From IMG/VR virus record IMGVR_UViG_3300033153_007854: 64,000 bases of DNA. One strand, given 5' to 3'. The position numbers were made by a program, and so were the translations under genes. Source of the DNA: an uncultured virus (IMG/VR IMGVR_UViG_3300033153_007854). Lineage: Duplodnaviria > Heunggongvirae > Uroviricota > Caudoviricetes. The first letter of the stretch is position 1; each line of letters opens with the position of its first letter. Positions 44,585 through 55,342 of the stretch are shown piece after piece. The notes beneath the pieces were generated by a model. That model worked only from the letters and a program-made list of their open reading frames with translations, made no database searches and was not told the origin of the DNA.

Positions 44585-44680
44585 ATGGCAAAAAGGAAGT
44601 CAGCCAAAAGGAAGAAGTGCCCACGAGGAAAGAGGAAGGACGGGAAGTGCAAGAGAAAGCCTGGGCCAAAGCGGAAGTAG
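44585..44680 (+). CDS. 31-aa protamine-like basic peptide
   Basis: MAKRKSAKRKKCPRGKRKDGKCKRKPGPKRK; class B promoter upstream, T-rich terminator downstream. Confidence 0.7.
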   Translation: MAKRKSAKRKKCPRGKRKDGKCKRKPGPKRK

Positions 44681-44801
44681 ATACCATCACGATTCATTCT
44701 TGATTTTTCTACTTCCTTTTTTTCATTTTTTTATCATCTATAGTAATTTGAAAAAGAATGAAAATATAAAAAAAATAGAAAGGAGGGGGTTATCGGGATG
44801 T

Positions 44802-45869
44802 TTATTCCTTGTCTTCGTCATCTTCCTCTTCGTCCTCATCATCGTCATCGCCAGAGTCGTCGTCCCCGTCATCATCCGGGGCTTCATCTCCTTCTTCGTG
44901 TCCGTCCTCGGGGCCATCCTCTTCTTCCTCATCCTCGCCCATCGGGTTCGGACTCTCGCCGTGGACGTATTCCGTCACGGTGTCCTCCGAGATGTCCTTG
45001 GTCGGCGTGATGGACAGTACGAAGGCGTCCCCGGCGTTCACCATGATGGTCGGCATATCGCCGATGGGGTGGACGCCGTAGAGCATCAGCTTTCCGTCCT
45101 TGGCGACGACACGACCATTCTCGATGTCATCGAGGAGGGGGCCTGCGGGGACTCCTTCCTCGACCTCGATGGCGATGATGCTGTTGTTGAGTAGACTGGC
45201 GTATTCCTCCATGTAGTCCTTCTGGAACTCGTCCAGGGGCATGGGGAGCTTCGCCTGTATCTCATCGCACTTGGTCTTCTTCTCGACCTCTGCCTTCAGC
45301 TTCTCGGCGTACTTGGTAACGTAGTCGTCCAAGTAGGATTGGCTGATTCCTTGGCCGTTCAGGTGGTAGTTTCCACCGCCTGTCCTGCGAGTCACCACGA
45401 GGCCGCTTCCCATCGGGTGGCCTATCTGGTGTCCATCGTCCTTGTCGTAGACGGTGAGTGCATCCATGGGGAACATACCCCGGATGAGCTTGGCATTGCG
45501 GAGCCCGATGAGAACTATCGCCATCTTGTCCTTGTAGCCGATGACGGTCCCGTACCTTCCATGCTCGGAGGTGGAATAGCTCTTGTTGAGCGGGGTCACC
45601 ACGTTCTTCCCGATGCCGGGGAGTCCTCTTGGGTGATGCGGTTCGCCCTTGGGTATCTTGATTCGGACCTCAGTGCCTCCCCGTAGGAACGTCAGCAGTG
45701 AGGCGTTCTGGTTCAGCCCCTTTTCCTTGAGTTCTCCGCCCAGGAGTGAGAGGTTGTCACTCAGCAGAGCCGGGGAAATCCCTTCTGCCAGCCTCGCCTC
45801 GAAACCCTTTCCTTTCTCCACCAGAGCGGATACAAAGCCCACTATTGCCAGATATATGTCAGTGTCCAT
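44802..45869 (-). CDS. Hypothetical protein with long acidic tail
   Basis: GGTGACACGATG start; about 45-aa D/E tail. Confidence 0.8.
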   Translation of the reverse strand: MDTDIYLAIVGFVSALVEKGKGFEARLAEGISPALLSDNLSLLGGELKEKGLNQNASLLTFLRGGTEVRIKIPKGEPHHPRGLPGIGKNVVTPLNKSYSTSEHGRYGTVIGYKDKMAIVLIGLRNAKLIRGMFPMDALTVYDKDDGHQIGHPMGSGLVVTRRTGGGNYHLNGQGISQSYLDDYVTKYAEKLKAEVEKKTKCDEIQAKLPMPLDEFQKDYMEEYASLLNNSIIAIEVEEGVPAGPLLDDIENGRVVAKDGKLMLYGVHPIGDMPTIMVNAGDAFVLSITPTKDISEDTVTEYVHGESPNPMGEDEEEEDGPEDGHEEGDEAPDDDGDDDSGDDDDEDEEEDDEDKE

Positions 45870-45944
45870 CGTGTCACCAAAATTACCTAATAGCTTGGGG
45901 GTTTAAGTACATTTTGTTTGTTATCTATTTTGAGGCGAGGGGGA

Positions 45945-46295
45945 ATGGACGAATATGACCCATGCCCTAACGGGTTTGAACTCGATGAAAGCCTAAATAA
46001 ATGTGTGAAGAAGGTTCCAGGTGGTGCTTCTGATGGAAATGCGGTCCAATCTTATCAAGGGGAGCCATATCTGGGTGGAACAAAGAATGGGCATAAACCA
46101 CAATATCTGAGAATCTCTGTTTCCATCGCATTCTTCTTATTTGGTGTATTCTCAGTTTTAGCAACGAGAACATACCCGAATATTCAAAAAGATTTGTTTA
46201 CGTTCATCACGTTTCTTATTTATTCAGCCATTTCAGTCATAATGATATGTTGGTTGTTTTGGACTTGGATGAGATGTAGCAGGCAATCTCGCTAA
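45945..46295 (+). CDS. Two-TM protein with N-terminal Cys tag
   Basis: MDEYDPCPNGFELDESLNKCVKK. Confidence 0.7.
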   Translation: MDEYDPCPNGFELDESLNKCVKKVPGGASDGNAVQSYQGEPYLGGTKNGHKPQYLRISVSIAFFLFGVFSVLATRTYPNIQKDLFTFITFLIYSAISVIMICWLFWTWMRCSRQSR

Positions 46296-46587
46296 ACCAT
46301 CCATTTCTGCATAAGAAGATACAGTATTTCACCTGTAAATACTCCTAAAGCGGTAATAAGCATTATTTTGCCAATATATCTCCATGTCATTTCACAAGTC
46401 ATAAACTATCCTCCATACTGATTGGGGGGTGGGTTGGTCACAACATGGTAGAATCATGTTCCCACCCCCTTGGTGTTAATAGATTCCTGTGATTGGTGAA
46501 ATCCGGGCCATGGTCGCCCCAAATGGTCATCCTTATATAGCTGGTCAATTGGCACTTAGTCAATTAGCTACCCCCGTAGCATTGTAA

Positions 46588-46944
46588 TCACTTCCCCTTA
46601 TCGTCCTTGACGTAGAGCGGCCTGCTTCCGTTCTCTGACTGAGCCCAGCATGACGGGCAAAGCACTGCTGTTCCCACGAACATCCGTTGCGCCGTACAAT
46701 CCTTATTGGGGCAGCTATCCGTGAACTCTTGACACTCTTTTACCTCCCGCTCGAATCTGGATTGTGTTTGTGACTCGTATTGTTCCAGTGGATATACATT
46801 GTATTCCCACCGCATTTTCCCCCAGTATATCACAATGACCTCATTATCCACCTGGACGGCGTGGGTGAAAAGGTCGTTTGGATGATTGTCATTGTATTTG
46901 CTTATCATCTCGCCGAATATCTCTTCTGCCTTGTCTTTATCCAT
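46588..46944 (-). CDS. Hypothetical protein with Zn ribbon
   Basis: GGAGGT SD; CPNKDC...CPSC. Confidence 0.65.
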   Translation of the reverse strand: MDKDKAEEIFGEMISKYNDNHPNDLFTHAVQVDNEVIVIYWGKMRWEYNVYPLEQYESQTQSRFEREVKECQEFTDSCPNKDCTAQRMFVGTAVLCPSCWAQSENGSRPLYVKDDKGK

Positions 46945-47401
46945 TTGGCTTACCTCCCTGGTCATCTTGATTGTGAGTTTGTGCCACTTGGTCGTAACCG
47001 TCCTTATAGTTCCGAGAGCAAAGAGCACACCCATGAGGAAGTGATTCGGCTCCTGGTCCGAGGTGCTTCTCTCTTAGTTCGTGTAGCTTGCATCCATCAC
47101 AGTCAACTATGGGCCTATCGCCGCCAACATAGCTCACCCAGAGTACACGGTTAATGTATTCGTAGAACTCCCAGGTCATAGTCAACCCAGATGCGCCACC
47201 TTCAATGTGCCCCTCTTCCCGAAGGATTTGCAGTATCCGACGCTCATCTTTTGATACCCTGTTGATTTCGAGCTTCTGGCTATTCTTCATAGTGAAATCC
47301 AGATAGGGATATAATCGCAATTCTCTGACATTTATACCTCTACCTAGAAATTCCTTCGCCATCTCACGAACTGTATCTGTAATCTCACCTCTACCCATCA
47401 T
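46937..47401 (-). CDS. Hypothetical virus-type protein
   Basis: RELRLYPYLDF...; operon packing. Confidence 0.7.
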   Translation of the reverse strand: MMGRGEITDTVREMAKEFLGRGINVRELRLYPYLDFTMKNSQKLEINRVSKDERRILQILREEGHIEGGASGLTMTWEFYEYINRVLWVSYVGGDRPIVDCDGCKLHELREKHLGPGAESLPHGCALCSRNYKDGYDQVAQTHNQDDQGGKPNG

Positions 47402-47582
47402 TTATCCCTCCTTTTTAGTATTTGGTTCCAAACGATTATAGCGCATTATGAACCACCTTCCAGCATTAATGGTAATAAGAATATTGGAAGCACCATCAGA
47501 GTTGCCAGTAACCATGCTATGAACTCCTGTTCTGGTGTTAATTCGTCCCTGCGTCTTTGACAAGGCATTGGTCCTCTTGTCA

Positions 47583-48329
47583 TTATCCAGAGCCCCCATC
47601 AATCAGGCCGAGGGCCGCAAGTGCGTCATACAACGCCGCTGTCATGTTCAGGTCGTTGAGGTTATATTTCTTCAACGCAGCCCAATCCTTCCTTCTAACC
47701 ATTTCAGCCACCATCGAGCCATCTACGAATCCGTAGGGTTCGATGTGGGGCTTCCCCCCAATGCCGAAGAAATGGCATATCGAGTCCAGGGATGCGCTTG
47801 GTAGGGACCAGACGGATTTGTACTTGTTCACGGGATAGAACAGGTCCATTGCCCTCTGTCGTCTGAAACGCTCTATGAACGGCTTGTAGGCGATGCCGTG
47901 GACCATCATGCGGGATAGGATGAACGGGATGTCGAAGTGGTCGCCATTGTAAGAGATGAGCTTGGCGGCAATATGTTCCTTGGCCTCCAACATTTCCCCA
48001 AATGATTGTAGAATCTCGACTTCATTACTACCGAAGAACTGGGAGATTTCCATGTGGTGGCTTTCATCCCTCAGTCCTAAGCCAATCATCACAACATTGT
48101 CTCCACCGATGGCCTTCTTTGCGAAGGTTCTTGACCGGATAGGATGAAATGGTTTTGGTAATGCTGGCTGTTTCTTTGCCTTGATGCCTTTTGGGTTGTG
48201 TTCGCATGGACCCCTGATTTTACATTCCTTCCTATTACAGAGATTGAATGCTGGTTCTGGTATTGGAGGCGGATTGGCAGGGTCCAGAATCGTTTCAATG
48301 TCAAGGAATATCAGGTCGGCATCCATCAT
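47583..48329 (-). CDS. DEDD 3'-5' exonuclease (RNase H-like, PolB-related)
   Basis: LDIET, SYNGDHFDIPFI, SLDSIC, YNLNDL. Confidence 0.85.
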   Translation of the reverse strand: MMDADLIFLDIETILDPANPPPIPEPAFNLCNRKECKIRGPCEHNPKGIKAKKQPALPKPFHPIRSRTFAKKAIGGDNVVMIGLGLRDESHHMEISQFFGSNEVEILQSFGEMLEAKEHIAAKLISYNGDHFDIPFILSRMMVHGIAYKPFIERFRRQRAMDLFYPVNKYKSVWSLPSASLDSICHFFGIGGKPHIEPYGFVDGSMVAEMVRRKDWAALKKYNLNDLNMTAALYDALAALGLIDGGSG

Positions 48330-48372
48330 GTCACCGTTAGAACATAAGATTTGGGGGGTTTATATGGTTTTC

Positions 48373-48690
48373 TCAAACGATTTCATTTTGAAACTTCGCC
48401 TGAACGCTCTCCCGACGTTCCTTGACGATTTCAGGGCAGGTCTTGTGAACGTGCATACCTTCCATCTTCTCGAAATATGCTCGGCAACTCTGGCATAGCC
48501 ATCGACCCCACATATCTGAGAAGGACATCCAGTTGAAGAAGCACAGGGGGTTGTCACAGAGAAATATGGCGTATGGTGTATAATGCTCTCCGCAGGCTTC
48601 ACAGGTGCGTAGAGGCTCTGGTGATTGAATATCTGGCTGTAATTGGGGTAATGGGTGCTTATAGCCAGTCACGATTCCTTTGTCACCCAT
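48373..48690 (-). CDS. Cys-rich small protein
   Basis: Multiple CxxC motifs. Confidence 0.6.
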   Translation of the reverse strand: MGDKGIVTGYKHPLPQLQPDIQSPEPLRTCEACGEHYTPYAIFLCDNPLCFFNWMSFSDMWGRWLCQSCRAYFEKMEGMHVHKTCPEIVKERRESVQAKFQNEIV

Positions 48691-48700
48691 CGTTTTGGCC

Positions 48701-48991
48701 TCATTTCTTCTTTATGTTCCAGCCTTTGACGATGCCGATGTTCTTCAATACTCCCTCTAAATCGTCAGCATTTCTGCGATATTCCGGCACTGCGTTGTTT
48801 ATTGCTTGCACGACCTCATCGAGTTTGATGCAGTTCGGGCAGAGTTTCAGATGGTAGGGATTTGTACCTATCCCCTTGCATATCAAGCAATATTCCTTCC
48901 CACAAACGACGCACTTCTGTAGATATTTGTCCCCTCCTTTGCAGAAGTCGCATATCTCAATTTCTTTCTCTGGAACTGTTATCGTTGCCAT
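48701..48991 (-). CDS. Cys-rich (AN1-like) small protein
   Basis: CDFC..CVVCGKEYCLIC..CPNC; GGAGGT SD. Confidence 0.65.
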   Translation of the reverse strand: MATITVPEKEIEICDFCKGGDKYLQKCVVCGKEYCLICKGIGTNPYHLKLCPNCIKLDEVVQAINNAVPEYRRNADDLEGVLKNIGIVKGWNIKKK

Positions 48992-49229
48992 CTTAATACC
49001 TCCATTTGCCTATGAATTCTTTACAGTGTACCCTGGATTCCTTTCCATGAATATCTTGAGATTGGTATGGAATATTTGACCTCTTTCTTTTTTCTTGTTA
49101 TAGCATCCACAACCAATATTCTGACCAGCTCCACAGGTAAGGCAATATGCTGGATTATCATCATGCCAGAATGCGAAAATTGTATGCCTTGATAATGTAT
49201 CGGGGCCAGATATGATTTCAATGCGTGAT

Positions 49230-49547
49230 TTATCCAGAGTTGGGCCCCCATATTTCTCTGATTTCATCCTCAAGGTTCTTGAGGAGGTCTATGGCATCAA
49301 TGTCATCGTATTCCAGATAGATGCCCCTGGAATCTGAGGCATCTGACGTTACACCGATTATCGTTTTCAGTCCCTCGCTACGGCACTTATCGTTCAGCTC
49401 TTTAAGATGGTTCATAGGCTTGCTGGTGGTGCTGGTCATCTGATATGTCTTGCCAGTAATTGGGTCTTTGAATATCTGTAACTCGGTATCTTTGAAGTGT
49501 AAGGTTCCGCACAGCTTGAGTCGTATTATGTTGTCCTTATCCGGCAT
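49230..49547 (-). CDS. Hypothetical protein
   Basis: Operon packing. Confidence 0.55.
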   Translation of the reverse strand: MPDKDNIIRLKLCGTLHFKDTELQIFKDPITGKTYQMTSTTSKPMNHLKELNDKCRSEGLKTIIGVTSDASDSRGIYLEYDDIDAIDLLKNLEDEIREIWGPNSG

Positions 49548-49791
49548 TTTGCAACAACTCCTTGGTCTTCTGGATGTGCCTGTCCCTCTCTTGACCCATT
49601 GGGATTATCCGTGTCCTCTCATAGTCTTTTGCGAGAAGACGCTTGATTCTCTCAAATCCACTGATGATTCGAAACTGGATATTGCCATCTGTGACATTTA
49701 TGACCTCCATCATCAACACTCCAGCCTTCACTACTTGTCCTGGCTTTGGTTTGAAGGAGTACACCTTGACAACAGCTTTTGACATATCCAT
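49537..49791 (-). CDS. Hypothetical protein
   Basis: GGTGATACGATG start; class A promoter. Confidence 0.7.
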   Translation of the reverse strand: MDMSKAVVKVYSFKPKPGQVVKAGVLMMEVINVTDGNIQFRIISGFERIKRLLAKDYERTRIIPMGQERDRHIQKTKELLQNAG

Positions 49792-49823
49792 CGTATCACC
49801 ATTGTTTGATAGTCTTTGGGGGT

Positions 49824-50123
49824 TTAAGTAGATTTCTGCAAATCCTGACATTTGAAGTAGAATAGCTCGTCACCTTTGACGTAGGTTCCGTATTTCTCTG
49901 GGAGGTCAGAACTGGCTATCGTTCCCTTTTCTACAACTGTGACCCGATGGACCTCTGTGTTGCCGATGAGGAATACTCCCTCGCACGGGACTTTGAGGTT
50001 GTTGAAGCGTGTTATCCAGAAATCTTTCTTTTCTTTGTATTCGAGGAAGAAGCCCTGCTCTTTGAGGTCTTCCATCTTCATCTCCCAGGCTATTTGTTTT
50101 ATAGTTGTTGTGAATGGCATCAT
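49824..50123 (-). CDS. Hypothetical (ASCH-like?) protein
   Basis: EYKEKKDFWITRF; GGAGGT SD. Confidence 0.6.
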   Translation of the reverse strand: MMPFTTTIKQIAWEMKMEDLKEQGFFLEYKEKKDFWITRFNNLKVPCEGVFLIGNTEVHRVTVVEKGTIASSDLPEKYGTYVKGDELFYFKCQDLQKST

Positions 50124-50153
50124 TTAACCTCCTTCTTTAGTCCCTCTTAGGCG

Positions 50154-51698
50154 TCATTCTGCCTGTTTCCGTGCCAGCTCGTAATCTCTCATTATGTTCT
50201 GCCATTTCTTTAATTCGTCCGGGTCGGCTTCGCAGAATCTCGAATGGTTGCCCTCCCCGAAATCCTTACACAAATGCCTTCCGGCTTCACACGATTCTAT
50301 TTTCATCTCGGCATCGTCTATTTCGTCTTGTATGAGTTCTCGGATGGCCTCATCTAATTCGGGTGTGAGTTCAATCATCATCCCTGACCATCCCCTGCCT
50401 GTTTCTGCGCCAATATCTCAGCCTCTTCCTCCGATATGCAATCATAAACAGACAATCTCCGAACGCAGTTGCGACAGTGCCTTTCATCGTTACGTCCATC
50501 GTGAGGGCCACCATAAAAGGTGCGCTCTGTCTTATTACCGCACTCCGGGCAATATTCACCGAAAGGAATCCTTCGCTTCATCCCCTATCCCCGGCGTCGT
50601 CTACCCTATCATCTGCCCGTTCATGTGCCAACTCCCGCTCCGACCTATTATCGCCCTCTATTGTCTCGGTGTATGTCTCATGGCAGTTCGGGCACGACCA
50701 ATTGCGCTTAGTATGGTCTATTACGTTCTCGAAAACAAAATGTAAGGATGGACTTGTACCGTACCATAACTGTTGCCATTTTGTCTGGGGGCCTCGTTCG
50801 GCCTTCCACATCGCCGTTATCTCCTTTCCGCTTCGCTCCCTGAGTCCTTCGTTACGCAGAGGGGTTTCACATTTCTGGCAACGATATTTAGGTTTGTCCA
50901 TTTCTAACGACATCTACTCCACCTCCGAGCGTTCTTCTTCCCCGGACTTTGATAATTTCTCAAAATATGGACAGCCAGGGCCGTTTCTCTCCTGGCAGCG
51001 TGAACAGATAGAAAGCCATTCGTTCGCACCCTTACCATTGATTTTATCACAAAGTTGCTCGAAGTCCAAATCTATGTCCTCTGGCTCGTTTGGAGATACC
51101 GTCAGGCAGGTTTCGATGTGCCCCTTGTCATACATAGCGATTAATGCCGCTCGGAGCGAGTCAATGACCTTGGCCATAGACTCGTCTGAATCAGTCTCTA
51201 CCATCCCGCTCCACTTGTGAACTTTCAGCCCACCCCCATAGATATTGATAATCATCACTGGCCCCTTCATAATATATCGCCTCCACCAGCTTCTTTCCCT
51301 TGCCTAATCCCCCATTCCACAATGCAAGATGCACAATTGACGAATGAAACCATTCCAGTAACGTGTTCATAGTCTGGAAATGTGAGCCCGCACTCGGTAT
51401 ACACCTGTCCTTTCTCCTCCTTCCAGAACTTGTGTACCTTCTCGCCCATATATATTCACCAGCCAAAGAGGATTGGGCCATGTTCCTTATGGACGTTCAG
51501 CCATTCAGACAGACTGGCTACGTCCAGAGCCTCTGTTGTATCATCCTCTGATGCGTTCGTGAAGCCGACATCGAGAGAAATCGTGCTGTCGTCATCTGGT
51601 ATCTCATCTATCTTCTTACCCCCGTGTTCGTCCCAAAAATCGTCGTGGCACTTCTTACACTTTACCTGATAGTCAAAGCTCATCTCATTCACCTCCAC
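50154..51698 (-). other. Run of six small overlapping hypothetical genes (50154-50381, 50378-50581, 50578-50913, 50914-51270, 51267-51449, 51456-51698), mostly CxxC-containing
   Basis: ATGA-type overlaps and SD motifs; virus-like accessory operon. Confidence 0.6.
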
Positions 51699-52257
51699 TC
51701 GCTTCTGGTGGCCTCCAGCCCGTCAGATTGCAGTATCTCCACAGTATAACGTCAATGGTTCCGATGCGCCAGTTAGTTCTCTCGACGAGCCATTGGCAGA
51801 GTTCGTGCGGATTGTTGAAATTGAAGTATTCGGCGAGCCGGACCATGTGACGGTCTGGCTTGACGACATCGAGGCCGACGTTCCTGGCTAGATGATACTT
51901 GGTTATCGGACCTATCCATGGGAGGGTTTGAAGATATTCGACCTTATCCTCTGCTTTTTTGAGAGCCATGTACCAGTGCATAAATTTCCGCTTGGCCTGG
52001 GCTATTGCTTTACGCTTCCCTGGATGACCTATCTTAGTCAGGTTTTGACCGCTCTGAAAGTACCTATCGTAGATACCTTGCGCCACCTGATTCTTCATGC
52101 CAGAGTTTACGATTACCCAGACATAATCAAGGTAGAAATTATGGGCGGTGAGCTGGTCGAACGTCCTTCTCTCTACGGTATTGATTTCGTCCTCATAGCC
52201 CATATCCTTAACTACGGAGAGAGCCTTTATGTAGAACTTCATCAGGTCTTCCGGCAT
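51685..52257 (-). CDS. Helix-hairpin-helix DNA glycosylase-like protein
   Basis: LQTLPWIGPITKYHLARNVGLDVVKPDRHMVRLA...IDVILWRY. Confidence 0.7.
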   Translation of the reverse strand: MPEDLMKFYIKALSVVKDMGYEDEINTVERRTFDQLTAHNFYLDYVWVIVNSGMKNQVAQGIYDRYFQSGQNLTKIGHPGKRKAIAQAKRKFMHWYMALKKAEDKVEYLQTLPWIGPITKYHLARNVGLDVVKPDRHMVRLAEYFNFNNPHELCQWLVERTNWRIGTIDVILWRYCNLTGWRPPEASGGE

Positions 52258-52742
52258 TAGCGGTACACCTCTTTTACTGTGCCTCCGTTCGCTGGCTGGA
52301 ACTGCTTGCAGAGTGAACCCGATTCCGTGCATCTTCCCTTCCATGCCACTCCACGATGGTCCCACCTCAGCTTACCGCAGATGCATGGTTCTTTCAATGG
52401 GCACATGACGCATAGGTGGAGGCAAGGGGTTCTCTCCTCCTTGAACGGGCATCCATATATCCTCTCGTGTTCCCATGTGCCATAGTTTGGCTCCATGTGC
52501 TTCTTGACCCTCTCCCACTTCTCTGTGGTTGTGTGTCCGTCCCAACATGGTTCTGTCTTGCGTAGATGATGAGTATCGAAGTCGGGCGGTACATGAAATG
52601 TTAATTGACCCTCTGGAATGTCGATTACCAAGACCTTCCAGCCGTTTTCCGGGTCAATGTAGTACCTATTGGCAAGCATAAGGGCCAGCATATTCCGTTC
52701 CAAGAACGCCTCGTCCAATGTCTCCTTGTCTCCCATCTTCAA
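52257..52742 (-). CDS. WDGH-motif hypothetical protein
   Basis: GQLTFHVP...WDGHTT. Confidence 0.65.
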   Translation of the reverse strand: MKMGDKETLDEAFLERNMLALMLANRYYIDPENGWKVLVIDIPEGQLTFHVPPDFDTHHLRKTEPCWDGHTTTEKWERVKKHMEPNYGTWEHERIYGCPFKEERTPCLHLCVMCPLKEPCICGKLRWDHRGVAWKGRCTESGSLCKQFQPANGGTVKEVYR

Positions 52743-52747
52743 TCCTC

Positions 52748-52933
52748 CTAGATGAAATATTGTTCCTCTTCAGGGAATATAGTGCCACCGAGTTCTTCGA
52801 TAGTCATCTTGACCATGTTTAGGGACACAGTGCAACTTCCATCACAATGTTCTTTGTGATGTTTAACGAGATTCTTGAGATTTCTCACCATAGCTTCTCG
52901 ATTTGTGATGCGCTGTCCCTGTTTTTCTACCAT
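52748..52933 (-). CDS. Small hypothetical protein
   Basis: Operon packing. Confidence 0.55.
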   Translation of the reverse strand: MVEKQGQRITNREAMVRNLKNLVKHHKEHCDGSCTVSLNMVKMTIEELGGTIFPEEEQYFI

Positions 52934-52935
52934 CT

Positions 52936-53226
52936 TCAGTCCTCATCATCGTTTTCGTTGGGCCAGGACATCATCCCCTCAGAGCATTTTCCCTGGTGAT
53001 TCCCCTTATGATAATCTTCGAGTCCGCACTCTGCCAGGATAATGCCTTCTCCATCCCGGTTTATCTTGTCACACCGCATGGCAAATTCGGCTATCGGCCT
53101 CCCACAACCGGGGCAGAACTTGAAGTGGTCGTAGATTGACTCGGAACCGCATTCAGGGCACTCATAATATGTCTCACACATATCATCCGTACCCGCCGAG
53201 AGAACTTTTATTCCGTTCGCAACCAT
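52936..53226 (-). CDS. Zn-ribbon protein
   Basis: CPECG...FCPGCG; GGTGACACGATG start. Confidence 0.7.
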   Translation of the reverse strand: MVANGIKVLSAGTDDMCETYYECPECGSESIYDHFKFCPGCGRPIAEFAMRCDKINRDGEGIILAECGLEDYHKGNHQGKCSEGMMSWPNENDDED

Positions 53227-53273
53227 CGTGTCACCGAGGTATGATAGCTATTGGGACTTTATATGTATTTCTA

Positions 53274-53885
53274 TTACTCTTTTGGCGTTCCTTCCCTCGG
53301 AAGCCCACAGCAAGTGCAGTAGAGGCCGTTCTCGGAGGTCAGTAGGGTGGACCCGCACTCTTCGCAGTTCTTGGATTTGGGGCAGGCTCCGTGGTCGATG
53401 TTGCATCGGCAATGGTTTAACTCCTGCTCCTTGCACATTCCGGTTTCCGTATAGCACTCCGGGTATTGGATGTCATCGAAATGGCTCTGCATGAACTCCT
53501 TGATGTCGCCCTCGTGACCGCAGGAGCATTTGAATTGGTCTGGTTCTGTCTCCTCGATGTCGTCGATTCTATCGCACTCTGGGCACTTTAATCCTTTGTT
53601 GGTCATCTTCTTTCCTCCGTTATCCTGTATGTCTTCTGAGTTCTCCCAGTCGCCCCAAATCATGATGAAACCGCAATCGTCGATGATGTGCTGGATGGCG
53701 GAACGGCACTCCTCTGCATCCCACTCACCGTTCTTGAACTTCTTCAGGACGAATTCGAGATAATGCGTATCCTTCCGATGAGGATGTCCCATGAGGGTAT
53801 CCGTGGCATCCAGTTCCTCATGTACTTTATCGAATGATTTGCCGAATAGAATCATATCCTGAGCGATGTGGTCTTCGATTTTCAT
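53274..53885 (-). CDS. His/Cys-rich hypothetical protein
   Basis: 203-aa ORF. Confidence 0.7.
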   Translation of the reverse strand: MKIEDHIAQDMILFGKSFDKVHEELDATDTLMGHPHRKDTHYLEFVLKKFKNGEWDAEECRSAIQHIIDDCGFIMIWGDWENSEDIQDNGGKKMTNKGLKCPECDRIDDIEETEPDQFKCSCGHEGDIKEFMQSHFDDIQYPECYTETGMCKEQELNHCRCNIDHGACPKSKNCEECGSTLLTSENGLYCTCCGLPREGTPKE

Positions 53886-53894
53886 GTTCTTCCC

Positions 53895-54140
53895 CTACGA
53901 TTTCGATGATGCCCAGTATATCATCACTCCCACGAACACGCCCATGAACAGAAAGACCGCCCATAGCCAGTCTGGGAGGGATAATGCGTCAGAAACTCTC
54001 TGATAAAAGCCTGTAATGTAGGGTAGAAGTAGAACTATGGATGTCCAGGTTATTATCATCCCGATTGCCATCCCTAGAGAGTTCTTCGAGGTCTGCTTGA
54101 TTTCCTCGAACTGCTTGTTCTTCTTCTTCCTCTTTGCCAT
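53895..54140 (-). CDS. Two-TM protein
   Basis: Basic N-terminus plus two TM helices. Confidence 0.65.
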   Translation of the reverse strand: MAKRKKKNKQFEEIKQTSKNSLGMAIGMIITWTSIVLLLPYITGFYQRVSDALSLPDWLWAVFLFMGVFVGVMIYWASSKS

Positions 54141-54180
54141 CTTCTATACCCCACAGCTCGGGCAGTTGAGTGTCTCCTTT

Positions 54181-54381
54181 TCACCCATATGATGCCTCCG
54201 GTGTCTTATGACGTATAGCGAATCTCAGGAGGGCTACTATGAGGCAGTGGAAGCCACCTATATAGAGGAAGAGGGCCATCCGCTGGTCCCCGTGCCCAAT
54301 AAGCATACCAATGACTCCAACGACGATGATGAGGCATCCCAATATCATAGGGTCGGTGAAGTTGGTGTCGTCATTCTTCAT
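54181..54381 (-). CDS. Two-TM small protein
   Basis: Hydrophobic; overlaps the upstream gene. Confidence 0.55.
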   Translation of the reverse strand: MKNDDTNFTDPMILGCLIIVVGVIGMLIGHGDQRMALFLYIGGFHCLIVALLRFAIRHKTPEASYG

Positions 54382-55297
54382 TCGTTTCTTCCTCCGGCTT
54401 CTTAGGTATCTCAGGCTCCCACGGTTCCGGCTCCTCGCCCTTGAGTATCTTCTCGGTCCCCTCGACCATGGCTTCTATGGCCTGTTCTACGAGGGGCTTC
54501 GGGGGGGGCATCAGTGAGGGTGTCGGAACACCATCCGGCCATGGGTCGCAGGTCCGACAATTCCCGCCGCCCGCCTCCGCACAGTCCGGGCATATGAGCT
54601 GTTCTTCTTTGGGGTTTGGATGCTTGTATATCAACTTGATTGGTGTCCCATTTGTCGCTCTGGTATTAACGCTCCCGGTTTCTGTCAGGACTTGAATCTT
54701 GATGGCATCGACCTCAGCCTCGCAATAGTTCGCTGGGAGATTGAAATGGGTTTGGCAATTGGGACATTCCTCCACTTCCTCCGTGAGCAGTGTCTCGCAG
54801 ATAGGGCAGTGGCATGGGAAGCCCTCCTGCATCTTACGAGGCAGCTCCACGGCTCTTTTTCCCTTCCGCACTTGTTCGGCCTCCCTCTGTCGCTCCGCCA
54901 CCAGCTCGGGTTGCATATTGGGGTCTGCCGGGTCGCATCCCTCCGGCGGTTGGCTTTGTTTTTCCGCCAGTACGTCCCCATAACGGGGGTCTGCACTGGT
55001 GCAGTTCCCCATCGAGTCGAACGGGCAGGGCTTACCATCGTGCTTGCATACGGACTCCTTCGTGTTGTAGTATTGGCAATCGTCCTGGGGAACGTCATGC
55101 TTGGGCTTTTCCCGGCAGTAACAGCACTTTCCCGCTTCGATGCTCTCCGGCCCTATCAGCGTCCGACCGCAATCCGAACAGTTCTCGGGTTCGGTAGGAG
55201 TGGGTTTGTAGATAATTGTTTTCTCGTCCGCCGCTCCGTGCGTGATTATGAACCTGTTTTCCTTGTCCTCTATCTTGCTCGCTATTATCTCATTCAT
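54371..55297 (-). CDS. Multi-Zn-finger hypothetical protein
   Basis: At least 8 CxxC-type pairs. Confidence 0.7.
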   Translation of the reverse strand: MNEIIASKIEDKENRFIITHGAADEKTIIYKPTPTEPENCSDCGRTLIGPESIEAGKCCYCREKPKHDVPQDDCQYYNTKESVCKHDGKPCPFDSMGNCTSADPRYGDVLAEKQSQPPEGCDPADPNMQPELVAERQREAEQVRKGKRAVELPRKMQEGFPCHCPICETLLTEEVEECPNCQTHFNLPANYCEAEVDAIKIQVLTETGSVNTRATNGTPIKLIYKHPNPKEEQLICPDCAEAGGGNCRTCDPWPDGVPTPSLMPPPKPLVEQAIEAMVEGTEKILKGEEPEPWEPEIPKKPEEETNEE

Positions 55298-55342
55298 CGG
55301 GCTTGTCCACCTTCTTGTAACTTCTTGCCATTGTGCTTCATC

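Noticed and set aside
44700..45194. Hydrophobic plus-strand ORF
   Set aside because: Antisense of the acidic tail plus T/A-rich terminator tracts.
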